Source: an uncultured Clostridia bacterium
Lineage (GTDB): Bacteria; Bacillota; Clostridia; Christensenellales; Borkfalkiaceae
Length of the DNA stretch: 64,000 nucleotides
NCBI GenBank assembly: GCA_947589085.1
Contig: CANPZD010000001.1
Coordinates: 208,583-272,582, forward strand
Direction: 5' to 3'
Under the pieces are notes generated by a model that had not been told where the DNA came from, searched no databases, and saw nothing but the letters and a program-made list of their open reading frames with translations. Position numbers and translations under genes: made by a program. This document shows positions 45,269 to 53,877 of the stretch, piece after piece (position 1 is the first letter of the stretch; the number at the start of each line of letters is the position of its first letter).

Positions 45269-47786
45269 ACCAACTCTTTCCCATGGAGACTTCGGCGATC
45301 AGAGGAACATGCAGTTCGATCGCGTTTTCCATTTCCTCTTTGAGCATTGCGGCGGCGCGATCTGCCTCGTCCTCGGGCGCGTCGAGCACAAGTTCGTCAT
45401 GGACCTGCAACACCATTTTCGTGCGGAAACCGTCCGATCCAAGGCGCTTTGCGACGCGCAGCATTGCCAATTTGATGATGTCGGCAGCGCTTCCCTGAAG
45501 CGGCATGTTCATTGCGGCCCGCTCTCCGAACGCGCGCAGATTGTAGTTTGCGGAACGAATTTCGGGAATGATCCGTTTTCTTCCCAAAACGGTCGTGACA
45601 AATCCCTCTTCCTTTGCTTTGGCAACATTGTTATCCATGTACGTTTTCACCTCGGGATGCGCGGCAAAATACTTATCGATGAAGCTCTGCGCTTCCGCCC
45701 CCGAACAATTCAGATCTTTTGCAAGTCCGAACGCGCTCATGCCGTAAATAATGCCGAAATTCACGGTCTTTGCTCTTCTGCGCATGGCGGGCGTGACTTC
45801 TTCCGGATGGATGCCGTAGATCCGTGCCGCGGTCGAAGTGTGCACGTCTTCGCCCTTTCGGTAAGACTCCGTGAGCGCGCGGCATCCGGAAAAATGCGCC
45901 AGAAGCCGCAACTCTATCTGGGAATAATCCGCGTCGATCAGCACGTTCCCTTCCCGTGCGATAAACAGCTTGCGCAATTCCTTGCCCTCTTCCGTGCGGA
46001 CGGGAATATTCTGCAAATTGGGATTGGCGCTGGAAAGACGTCCCGTCGTCGTCATCGTCTGATTGTAGGTCGTATGTACGATCCCGTTTACGACCAGCGG
46101 GCGAATGCCGTCGATGTATGTGGATTGCAGTTTCTGAATTTCCCGGTAGCGAAGGATCAGCCGCACGATCTCATGTTCCTCGGCAAGTTTTTCGAGGACG
46201 TCTGCGCTCGTCGAATATCCTCCCCGCTGGTTGCGCTTTGCGCCTTTGGGTTGAAGGCCCAACTTTCCGAAGAGAACTTCGGAGAGCTGAAACGTCGAAT
46301 TCAGATTAAAGGGTTCCACGCCCGCAAGTTCATAGATCTGTAAGGAAAGCGCGGCAAGTTCTGCGCGGTATTTCTCCGAAAATTCGTTGAATTTGCCCGT
46401 ATCCACCCGCACTCCCGTGCGCTCCATATCGAGAAGAACATGGGCGAGCGGCAATTCCAGCTCGCGATACAGGCGCTCTTCCGGCGTCCCCTGCGTTTTT
46501 TTCTCCGCTTCCCCGAATGCAAGACGGATCGCTTTCGCGCAATTCGACTCGGGCAGAGCGTAGTCTTTTGCAAGCTCTTTCGGGGACGCGGGCCGAAGAT
46601 TGGAATCCACAAGATAGCGCAACAGCGTCACGTCGTCCGCCGCGCAGGCAACGGGCACGTTCAGCGCGTCCATTTCATGAAGGAACGTTTTGAGATCGAG
46701 AACGATTGCCCTTTTCCCTTCCGAAAATAATTCGACAAAGAGCGGGTGCAGATCCCCGATAAAAAAGCCGGGTGTGAGAAAATTTTCCCGCAAACGCAGA
46801 AAATATTCTTTTCCGTTCAAAAACAAATGATAGCCTTCTTTCTCACCGCAGATCGCGAATTCTTCCGCGGTTTCCGCATCTTTCAGCAGATCGCCGAGGT
46901 CTGTGCATTCGATCACGTCGGCGGCGCGCTCCGGAGGAAAATATTTTCCGTTCATCAGCGATCGGAATTCGAGGCGCGCGAAGAATTCCCGCGCGGCTTC
47001 GGGGAACGGCATGGAAAATACGCAATCCGAAAGCGTAAGTTCGAGCGGCGCGTTCACATCGATCGTCGCAAGCTGCCGCGAAAAATAGGCGGTTTCCCGG
47101 TTTTCCAGCAATTTTTGGCGCAAAGTCCCGGAAATCTGATCGATATGCGCATAAACGCCGTCGAGATCGCCGTAAGTCTGCAGCAGCGAGATCGCGCTCT
47201 TGGGACCGACGCCCTTTACGCCGGGGATATTGTCGGAAGAGTCGCCCATGAGCGCCTTCTCCTCCACGATCTGGTTGGGGAAAAGTCCCACTTTTTCATA
47301 AAAATTATTCTGATCGAGACGGTCGAGATCGCTCACGCCCTTGCGCGTAAAACATACGTCCACATTCTCTTTTACCAACTGATAGGAATCGCGGTCGCCC
47401 GTATAGATCAGCGTTCTGACAGTCGGAAATTTTCGGGAAAGCGTGCCGATGATATCGTCCGCTTCATAACCGGGAAGTTCAACCGTGCGGATCTTCATCG
47501 CGTTGAGCAGTTCTTTGAGCACGGGGACCTGCCGCGCAAGATCGTCCGGCATGGGTTTTCTGGTAGCCTTATATCCATCGTACATCTTATGACGGAACGT
47601 CGGTGCGTGCACGTCAAATGCCACGGCAAAATATGCGGGTTTTTCATCCTCGGCGATCTTCAGAATGAGTTTGATAAATCCGAAAATTCCGTTGGTCGGA
47701 AGCCCGTCTTTGGTGGAAAATACGTTCATCGCATAAAAGGCGCGATTCAATAAGCTGTTTCCGTCGATAAGAATCAATTTGTCCAT
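45255..47786 (-). CDS. polA: DNA polymerase I
   Basis: 5' nuclease domain (LILIDGNSLLNRAFYA), motif A DYSQIELRLLAH, motif B RRRAKTVNFGIIYG, motif C QVHDELV. Start ATG 47786. Confidence 0.95.
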   Translation of the reverse strand: MDKLILIDGNSLLNRAFYAMNVFSTKDGLPTNGIFGFIKLILKIAEDEKPAYFAVAFDVHAPTFRHKMYDGYKATRKPMPDDLARQVPVLKELLNAMKIRTVELPGYEADDIIGTLSRKFPTVRTLIYTGDRDSYQLVKENVDVCFTRKGVSDLDRLDQNNFYEKVGLFPNQIVEEKALMGDSSDNIPGVKGVGPKSAISLLQTYGDLDGVYAHIDQISGTLRQKLLENRETAYFSRQLATIDVNAPLELTLSDCVFSMPFPEAAREFFARLEFRSLMNGKYFPPERAADVIECTDLGDLLKDAETAEEFAICGEKEGYHLFLNGKEYFLRLRENFLTPGFFIGDLHPLFVELFSEGKRAIVLDLKTFLHEMDALNVPVACAADDVTLLRYLVDSNLRPASPKELAKDYALPESNCAKAIRLAFGEAEKKTQGTPEERLYRELELPLAHVLLDMERTGVRVDTGKFNEFSEKYRAELAALSLQIYELAGVEPFNLNSTFQLSEVLFGKLGLQPKGAKRNQRGGYSTSADVLEKLAEEHEIVRLILRYREIQKLQSTYIDGIRPLVVNGIVHTTYNQTMTTTGRLSSANPNLQNIPVRTEEGKELRKLFIAREGNVLIDADYSQIELRLLAHFSGCRALTESYRKGEDVHTSTAARIYGIHPEEVTPAMRRRAKTVNFGIIYGMSAFGLAKDLNCSGAEAQSFIDKYFAAHPEVKTYMDNNVAKAKEEGFVTTVLGRKRIIPEIRSANYNLRAFGERAAMNMPLQGSAADIIKLAMLRVAKRLGSDGFRTKMVLQVHDELVLDAPEDEADRAAAMLKEEMENAIELHVPLIAEVSMGKSWYDAK

Positions 47787-47839
47787 ACGGTCATTGTAAC
47801 ACGCTTTGCGCTTTTTTGCAAGAATATCCGAAAAAACAC

Positions 47840-47868
47840 TTGATTTTTCCACGCCTGTCGGTTATAAT
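47840..47868 (+). promoter_or_regulatory. SigA promoter of tRNA-Leu
   Basis: TTGATT (47840-47845), 17 nt, TATAAT (47863-47868). Confidence 0.65.
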
Positions 47869-47879
47869 TTTATTTGCGC

Positions 47880-47966
47880 GCCGGTGTGGTGGAATTGGCA
47901 GACGCGCTGGACTCAAAATCCTGTGGTAGTGATACCGTATCGGTTCGACCCCGATCACCGGCACCA
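47880..47966 (+). tRNA. trnL: tRNA-Leu (anticodon CAA), long variable arm
   Basis: Acceptor GCCGGTG/CACCGGC, anticodon loop CTCAAAA, long variable arm, T-loop TTCGACC, encoded CCA. Confidence 0.9.
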
Positions 47967-47998
47967 AAAAAGCGACCCGTTTCCGGGCCGCTTTTTTG
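47967..47998 (+). terminator. Intrinsic terminator after tRNA-Leu
   Basis: AGCGACCCG / CGGGCCGCT (one mismatch), followed by TTTTTT. Confidence 0.65.
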
Positions 47999-48006
47999 GT
48001 GCCGTA

Positions 48007-48058
48007 CGGCGGGATGACAATTCCGTTCGACCCCGCGCGAGCGGTTGAAACCGTTTTT
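48007..48058 (+). repeat. Direct repeat copy 1 (42-bp core 48017-48058) ending in a hairpin plus T-run
   Basis: ACAATTCCGTTCGACCCCGCGCGAGCGGTTGAAACCGTTTTT; contains GTTCGACCCCG, identical to the tRNA-Leu T-arm segment 47943-47953. Confidence 0.8.
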
Positions 48059-48127
48059 ATTTAGAGAAAAATGCATCGGGTTGTCTTTCAACCGCGAAGC
48101 TCTCGAGCCGCAAGGCGAAGAGATCAC

Positions 48128-48181
48128 CGGCGGAATCGAACAATTCCGTTCGACCCCGCGCGAGCGGTTGAAACCGTTTTT
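48128..48181 (+). repeat. Direct repeat copy 2 (42-bp core 48140-48181)
   Basis: The core is identical to copy 1 by my reading. It is preceded by GATCACCGGC (48122-48131), identical to tRNA-Leu positions 47953-47962. Confidence 0.8.
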
Positions 48182-48189
48182 TTCGACGC

Positions 48190-48924
48190 TTATTCATGCG
48201 CAAGATAGCGCTCTAAAATTTCATTTGCACTGCAAAAAACCGTTTCCGTAATTTCCGGCGCGGTTCCGCAGCAAACCGAAAGCGCATACAACTCTCCCCC
48301 GTTACGCCGTCCGCTTTCGTACAGTACTTTTTCATGCGTCTCGAATTCGTATGAAGCGATCCGGCAGGGAAGCAATTCCCCGTGCAAATACGCGGAAGAG
48401 TCTACGATCTCCAATGCGCGCAGTTCGGAAAACCCTGTTCCGCGGAACTTGATCACGCTCTCCTTTGCCGTCCACAGTCTGAAAAAAGCGCGAAGCGGGT
48501 TCGCGGAGATCTCATTCTTTTCCCTCTCGGAAAAACAGCGGTTTACGATGGGTGCGATTGGAAAGGAGCGAAGAGATTCAAGATCGACGCCGAGCGGCCG
48601 CTCGGAAAACCCGCATGCAACGAAGTCCCCCGCATGGGAAACATTGAAACACAATGCGTCCCCCAAAAGTTTCGGCTTTTCCCCTTCGCACCGCAAGATC
48701 CGTACATCCCTGCGGGATAAATTCAGCCCGTACATAATTTCCGCCCGAACCGCGGCTTCCGCAACGACGGTTTGTGTCCGCGCCGCTTCCCATCGGAAGC
48801 GCAAGATCTCCGTTTGGCGGGAAGCGGGAAACGTCTCCAAAGTCCGCGCAATGCCGTCTCGGTCCGCGCCTCTCAGATCAATGAGCATAAGTTTGAGCAT
48901 CGGATTCTTCATTTCCGCCGACAA
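48190..48924 (-). CDS. 4'-phosphopantetheinyl transferase (Sfp type)
   Basis: FNVSHAGDFVACGFS...GVDLE and WTAKESVIKFRGTG motifs. Confidence 0.82.
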   Translation of the reverse strand: MSAEMKNPMLKLMLIDLRGADRDGIARTLETFPASRQTEILRFRWEAARTQTVVAEAAVRAEIMYGLNLSRRDVRILRCEGEKPKLLGDALCFNVSHAGDFVACGFSERPLGVDLESLRSFPIAPIVNRCFSEREKNEISANPLRAFFRLWTAKESVIKFRGTGFSELRALEIVDSSAYLHGELLPCRIASYEFETHEKVLYESGRRNGGELYALSVCCGTAPEITETVFCSANEILERYLAHE

Positions 48925-49031
48925 TGCTCCGTTTTCCCGCCGGCGCAGACTGCGGCGGCGACCATCTTCAAACCGCCGCGCCGCCGAAATGTATTGGCGT
49001 CTTTCGGAAATTTATCCATGTATCAAACTCC

Positions 49032-49913
49032 TCATTTTTGAATTTTCGCCACAAAAAAGCCTTCGTATAAGGAATCCGGGCGCACGGTGATTGTTCCCGG
49101 GGCGGTAGGCAAAGTCGGAATCCCCTCGAAGGGATCCAAAGGAACGATCCGCCCGCCGGATTCGGGCAAGACCCGCGCAAGCAGTTCCCCATTTTCCTCC
49201 GGAAGGACGGAGCAAGTCGAATACACGAGGGTCCCGCCTTTTTTAAGAAGTTTCAAGGCCTTTTTGAGCAAATTTTCCTGTTTTTTCACACACTTTTTTA
49301 AGTAATTCTCGGAAAATTCGATGGGATCCCCGAGCGTTGCAGTCCCGCTGCCCGTACAGGGCGCGTCGAGCAAGATCTTGTCAAATGAAAAATAATCGTC
49401 GAGAAGAAGCGCGTCGACGCAGAGCGGCGTCACGCGGGAAGCTCCCTGCCGTTCCAGATTGAATTTCAGGCGTTCGAAGCGGATCTTGTCCCGCTCGCAG
49501 GCAGTAATAAGCGCTTTCCCGCCGGAAAGCGCATAAAGTTCGGTCGTTTTCCCTCCGGGCGCGGCCGTCATATCGAGAATACTCTCCCCTGCCTGCGGAT
49601 CGAGACAGAGCGGCGGAAGCATGGAGGAAAGACTTTGCAAATAAATTTTGCCTTCCGAATAAACAGGAAGGCGCTGAACTTCACGTTCGTCGATACAATC
49701 AAGGATCAGTGCGGAGGAATACCAGCCGACCGGACGGGCGCCGATCCCTGCGGATAAAAGCGCGAGCCGCACTTCCTCCGCCTCCGCTTTCAGAGAATTG
49801 ACGCGCACGGTGACGCAACGCCTTTCGATCGCTGCAATTTCATCCGCGCATGTCTTGCCGTATTGCGCCGAGATCCGTTCGAAAAGCGAATTCACTTGAT
49901 GAGCGTAAGCCAT
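49032..49913 (-). CDS. SAM-dependent RNA m5C methyltransferase (NOL1/NOP2/Sun, RsmB/RsmF-like), catalytic domain only
   Basis: ILDMTAAPGGKTTEL, LLDAPCTGSGT, LVYSTCS. Start is ATG 49913 (MAYAHQVN); the longer track ORF overlaps the flavodoxin gene. Confidence 0.85.
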   Translation of the reverse strand: MAYAHQVNSLFERISAQYGKTCADEIAAIERRCVTVRVNSLKAEAEEVRLALLSAGIGARPVGWYSSALILDCIDEREVQRLPVYSEGKIYLQSLSSMLPPLCLDPQAGESILDMTAAPGGKTTELYALSGGKALITACERDKIRFERLKFNLERQGASRVTPLCVDALLLDDYFSFDKILLDAPCTGSGTATLGDPIEFSENYLKKCVKKQENLLKKALKLLKKGGTLVYSTCSVLPEENGELLARVLPESGGRIVPLDPFEGIPTLPTAPGTITVRPDSLYEGFFVAKIQK

Positions 49914-50365
49914 TCCTTGATGTCGCTCTCGGGCGTCGTCATAACGGAACCGTCGAATTTGACGTTGAGAACGGGCGCAACTTCCGCTCCGCGAAGCGCC
50001 TTTCTGAAATCGCTGGGCGTATGACCGAGCCAACCGCCGTTGGTCGCAAAGGGATAGACCTTGATCCCCTTCCAATTCTTTCCGGCCATAAAGGATTTTA
50101 CGGCGGGCGCAAACGTATACCACCACACCGGCGTGCCGATGATCACCGCGTCGTATTTGGATAAATCGACCTTATAGGGTTGCAGCTGGGGAATATATCC
50201 CGTCTCGGTTTCGCGTTTTCCGAGTCCCACGAGAACGTCGTAATCGTCGGGATATGTTTTGACGGTGCGGATCTCCAAAAGATCCGCTTTCAGCGAAAGC
50301 GCGATTTTCCGCGCCACACTCCGCGTATTTCCTCCCAGAGAATAAAACACGACAAGATGTTTCAT
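49892..50365 (-). CDS. Flavodoxin-family protein
   Basis: MKHLVVFYSLGGNTRSVARK and AVIIGTPVWWYTFAP. GGAGGG SD 6 nt upstream. Confidence 0.85.
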   Translation of the reverse strand: MKHLVVFYSLGGNTRSVARKIALSLKADLLEIRTVKTYPDDYDVLVGLGKRETETGYIPQLQPYKVDLSKYDAVIIGTPVWWYTFAPAVKSFMAGKNWKGIKVYPFATNGGWLGHTPSDFRKALRGAEVAPVLNVKFDGSVMTTPESDIKEWLTLIK

Positions 50366-50523
50366 ACCATACCCTCCGCGATAACATACTGAAATAATTA
50401 TATCATAAAAAACAAAAAATGTAAATAGTTAAAAAAATTTTTTGCCGAAAAAATCGCTTTCCTTCCGCGCAAATCCGCAAGAACTCCACGGTTTTTCGGC
50501 AATTTTACGATCCCCGCAGCCGA

Positions 50524-51468
50524 TCAATAAAACGTCGCGATCTCTTCGTCGGGAGGCGGCGCATAATCGATCGCCGTCGCCTTGAGCACAGGCCCTTCCT
50601 GCCCGTAAACGGGGTGAAATTGCAGATCGATCCTCGCGGTAAGCTTCACCCAATCGCGCGTTTTGAACGGCAGATTCGAGGCGTGGATACACACAAGTCC
50701 GCTGTACGAAATGTCCGCTTCGCAGCAAGTCATGATATGCCTTCCCACGACGATCGTCCCCTTTTTCAGCTTTTTATCCACCGCCACAAGTCCCTTGAAA
50801 CGGACCATCTTCCCCGCATATTTCTGCGGTTCTTCAAGCAGATCGCGGTAGAAAAACGCGTAATCCCTGTCCTCGATCTCGACGATCGCGGCATTCAAAT
50901 CGAACGGGAGCGGATCTACGATCTCGTCATACTCCGCTTTTCCGCCCGGATACTCGTAAACGATCCCCGGACGGCGGGAGATCCCCCGGATGATCTTATG
51001 AAATTCTTCTTTAGAATATTCGCCCTTGAAGCGGTTGAAAACGACCATATCGGCGTATTGCACTTTATCGAATACCAGCTGCCGCATGTTTTTATTGTAC
51101 GAGGGAAAGGTGCCGGAATCAAAAAAAGTCATCACTTGCGCGATCATCCAACCGTCCGGCATGGCCTCGAACAACGTATCGAGCATCATCATTCCGTTAT
51201 ATTCGATCACCACGCGTTCCGGCTTATGCTTTTTGACAATGGCCGTGAGCGACGCAAGCGTGAGCGCCTCCTGCGAAATCGTTTCGACCGCAAAATCTTT
51301 TACGGCAAAACGGGAAGGATCGTATTCCTCCTCCCCTTCCTCGCAGACCAAAAGAAGCGTGCGTTCATGCGCGTCGTCGAAACGCGCGTCCTCAAAGGTC
51401 TCCTGAATAAATCTCGTCTTTCCCGCATCGAGAAATCCGAGAAACAGATAAACGGGAACTTCCTGCAT
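50524..51468 (-). CDS. CobW-like P-loop domain lacking CxCC, fused to a DUF1980/TIGR03943-like C-terminal CC-x-x-D domain
   Basis: N-terminus YLFLGFLDAGKTRFI...VIEYNGM...VFNRFK. C-terminus VRFKGLVAV...VVGRHIMTCCEADISYSGLVC. The family assignment of the C-terminus is from memory. Confidence 0.7.
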   Translation of the reverse strand: MQEVPVYLFLGFLDAGKTRFIQETFEDARFDDAHERTLLLVCEEGEEEYDPSRFAVKDFAVETISQEALTLASLTAIVKKHKPERVVIEYNGMMMLDTLFEAMPDGWMIAQVMTFFDSGTFPSYNKNMRQLVFDKVQYADMVVFNRFKGEYSKEEFHKIIRGISRRPGIVYEYPGGKAEYDEIVDPLPFDLNAAIVEIEDRDYAFFYRDLLEEPQKYAGKMVRFKGLVAVDKKLKKGTIVVGRHIMTCCEADISYSGLVCIHASNLPFKTRDWVKLTARIDLQFHPVYGQEGPVLKATAIDYAPPPDEEIATFY

Positions 51469-51469
51469 G

Positions 51470-52570
51470 TCAGTTCAAAAACAGCTCCGCAAGTTTTTCT
51501 TGATCGGGATTGCAGCCGATCACGCACAGTCTGCCCGTAACCGCTGCCGCGCCCTTGCGAATATCGATCTCGCCCGGAACGTAATCGAAATACAGCCAGC
51601 CCTCTGTCCCGTCGACAATGCCTTTTGCGCGAAGGATCTGACCGTATTTGCCCGAATCGAGCGCATTCAGCATGCGGCGAAGCTCCGCTTCGGAAAACTG
51701 TTTTGCCGTCTCCGTCCCCCAGCTTGAAAATACTTCGTCGGCATGATGATGCCCGTGATGGTGCTCGTGATGGTGCTCGTGCGCTTCGTCGTGGTGATGA
51801 TGACATTCGCAGTCGGGGTCGTCGCATTCCTCGTCGTCCGCATGTCCGTGATGGTGCTCGTGATGATGCTCGTGCGCTTCGTCGTGGTGATGATGGCACT
51901 CGCAGTCGGGGTCGTCGCATTCCTCGTCGTCCGCGTGCCCGCGGCGCGCCTCTTCGGCAAGTTTTTCAAGCTCTGCGGCAAGCGTCTGCGTCTGCTGCAT
52001 GGCGGAGAGGATCTCTTTGCCGGAAAGTTTATCCCAATCCGTGGTGACAATGGTCGACGCGGTATGTTCTCTGAGCAGATTTGCGGCTTCTTCCGTCTTT
52101 TGGGCGTCCGAAGTATGCGAAAGAACGATGCAGCTCGCATTTTCCACCTGATCGAGGAAAAACTCGCCGAAATTCCGCAGGTAAGTCTTGCATTTCTTCG
52201 CGTCGACAACCGTGCAAAATGCGTTTAGCCGGCTGTCCGGCACGTCCGCACGCTGAACGGCCTTGATGACGTCGGAGAGCTTGCCGACACCGGACGGCTC
52301 GATGACGATCCGCTGTGGATCGTACGTCTGCGCCACTTCTTTGAGCGCTTTCGCAAAATCCCCCACGAGCGAACAGCAGATACATCCCGAGTTCATCTCG
52401 GTGATCTTGATCCCGGCGTCCTGCAAAAATCCGCCGTCTACGCCGATCTCTCCGAATTCGTTTTCGATCAGTACAATTTTCTCTCCGGTATAAGCTTCCT
52501 TGATCAGCTTTTTGATGAGCGTTGTCTTTCCGGCGCCCAAAAATCCGGAAAAAATATCGATTTGAATCAT
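51470..52570 (-). CDS. COG0523 (CobW/ZigA/YeiR-type) metallochaperone GTPase with a duplicated His/Cys-rich insert
   Basis: IFSGFLGAGKTTLI Walker A, GCICCS (CxCC), and two copies of GHADDEECDDPDCECHHHHDEAHEHHHEHHH before the CobW_C-like end. Confidence 0.9.
   Translation of the reverse strand: MIQIDIFSGFLGAGKTTLIKKLIKEAYTGEKIVLIENEFGEIGVDGGFLQDAGIKITEMNSGCICCSLVGDFAKALKEVAQTYDPQRIVIEPSGVGKLSDVIKAVQRADVPDSRLNAFCTVVDAKKCKTYLRNFGEFFLDQVENASCIVLSHTSDAQKTEEAANLLREHTASTIVTTDWDKLSGKEILSAMQQTQTLAAELEKLAEEARRGHADDEECDDPDCECHHHHDEAHEHHHEHHHGHADDEECDDPDCECHHHHDEAHEHHHEHHHGHHHADEVFSSWGTETAKQFSEAELRRMLNALDSGKYGQILRAKGIVDGTEGWLYFDYVPGEIDIRKGAAAVTGRLCVIGCNPDQEKLAELFLN
51755..51940. repeat. Tandem 2 x 93-bp in-frame duplication inside the COG0523 gene
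   Basis: Units 51755-51847 and 51848-51940 differ at 5 of 93 positions, all synonymous by my translation. Confidence 0.9.
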
Positions 52571-52587
52571 ATTATGCCTCGAAAATT

Positions 52588-53814
52588 TCAGAATGCCCAG
52601 TTCCCGTTTTCAAAGATGCGAACGCGTTCGCCCGATTTCGTGATCCCGACGATCTCCAGATCTTCGGATCCGATCATAAAATCGACGTGGATCAGGCTAT
52701 CGTTGATCCCCTTTGCCTTGAGTTCCTCTTTCGACATGCGCTCGAAGCCGCGGATACATTCGTTGAACCCTCTGCCGAGCGCAAGATGACAGCTGGCATT
52801 TTCATCAAACAGCGTGTTGTAGAACAGGATCCCCGCATTGTTGATGGGAGAATCGTACGCAATGAGCGCGCATTCTCCGAGCATCTTTGCCCCGTCGTCC
52901 ATCGAGATCATTTTTTCCAACAGTCCCTGGTTCTTCTTTGCCTTGACTTCGACGACCTTGCCGCCCTCGAAGCGTACGGAGAAATCCTCGATCAGCTCGC
53001 CCTGATAGGAAAGAGGCTTCGTGGAGTAGACGATCCCCTCCGCCTCGCCGGCCTTCGGAGAAATAAAGATCTCTTCCGACGGAATGTTGGGATTGAAGTA
53101 TTTTCCGTCGATCGTCTCCTCGCCACCGCCGCAAAATGAGCTGTTTTCGATCAATCCGACTTTCAGATCGGTGCCGTTCTTGGATTTATATTCGAGCGCA
53201 ACGAGTTTCAGACGATTCAGATAATCGCATTTTGCCGCAAGTTCGTCGTTATGATGCAGCCACTCGCGCACGGGATCCGGACCGTCGGCGCGCGCCGCAA
53301 CCAGAATCGCGTCCCAAAGGCGTTCCACGGCCGTGTTGACCATAAGATCGGGGAAAACTTTTTTTGCCCACGCCTTGCCGGGCACGGCGGCAATGCACCA
53401 CTGATATCTATTCTCCATTTCGTCGCGATACGGTTTGATGACTTTCGTGCGCGCGGTTCTGACCGCCGTATATTTTTCCTGATCCATGCCTTTCAGACCG
53501 TCGGGATCCGCGGACTCGATATACAGCATGGCGGGAAGTTCCTCAACGCGGTGCTCAAGCTTGGCAATTTCCCATTTCTCGAATTTTTCGAGAACGGCCT
53601 CTTTCTGATATTTATAGTGAAGCGGCAGAAGATTCTGATGCGACCATTCGACGGTCACTTTTCCCGCGCCCGCGCGGTAGAGTTCCTCGACCACCATCTC
53701 AACAAATTCCGGCTGGTCGAGTTCCGCCTGTACAACGACCCATTGGTTCTTCTTCACGTTAATGCCCGTTTTGGCCAACAATTTCGCATATCTGCGCATT
53801 TGCAACTTATTCAT
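52588..53814 (-). CDS. Aminopeptidase, M29 family (PepS/AmpS type)
   Basis: MRRYAKLLAKTGINVKKNQWVVV...AGAGKVTVEW and the C-terminal HLALGRGF...HVDFMIGS pattern. Start ATG 53814. Confidence 0.88.
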   Translation of the reverse strand: MNKLQMRRYAKLLAKTGINVKKNQWVVVQAELDQPEFVEMVVEELYRAGAGKVTVEWSHQNLLPLHYKYQKEAVLEKFEKWEIAKLEHRVEELPAMLYIESADPDGLKGMDQEKYTAVRTARTKVIKPYRDEMENRYQWCIAAVPGKAWAKKVFPDLMVNTAVERLWDAILVAARADGPDPVREWLHHNDELAAKCDYLNRLKLVALEYKSKNGTDLKVGLIENSSFCGGGEETIDGKYFNPNIPSEEIFISPKAGEAEGIVYSTKPLSYQGELIEDFSVRFEGGKVVEVKAKKNQGLLEKMISMDDGAKMLGECALIAYDSPINNAGILFYNTLFDENASCHLALGRGFNECIRGFERMSKEELKAKGINDSLIHVDFMIGSEDLEIVGITKSGERVRIFENGNWAF

Positions 53815-53877
53815 AGAACACCTCTTTTTTCTCTTATTTTTTGATTGTTTGCACAATTTTGTCGATCAAATTCAGTA

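Noticed and set aside
48007-48181. A possible CRISPR array.
   Set aside because: There are only two repeat copies, 42 bp long, with an 81-bp spacer. There are no cas genes, and each copy ends in a hairpin plus T-run.
50366-50523. The long inverted repeat TTGCCGAAAAA...TTTTTCGGCAA between the DUF1980-like gene and the flavodoxin gene, as a possible regulatory RNA.
   Set aside because: It is most simply a large terminator-type hairpin for the upstream operon, followed by the flavodoxin promoter (TATAAT near 50397-50402 on the - strand). Nothing further supports a riboswitch.
53815-53877. A Zur box upstream of the aminopeptidase/COG0523 genes.
   Set aside because: There is only a weak 5-6 bp inverted repeat (GATTGT...ACAATT) and no resemblance to the Firmicute Zur consensus as I remember it. 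Metal regulation therefore remains untested rather than supported.
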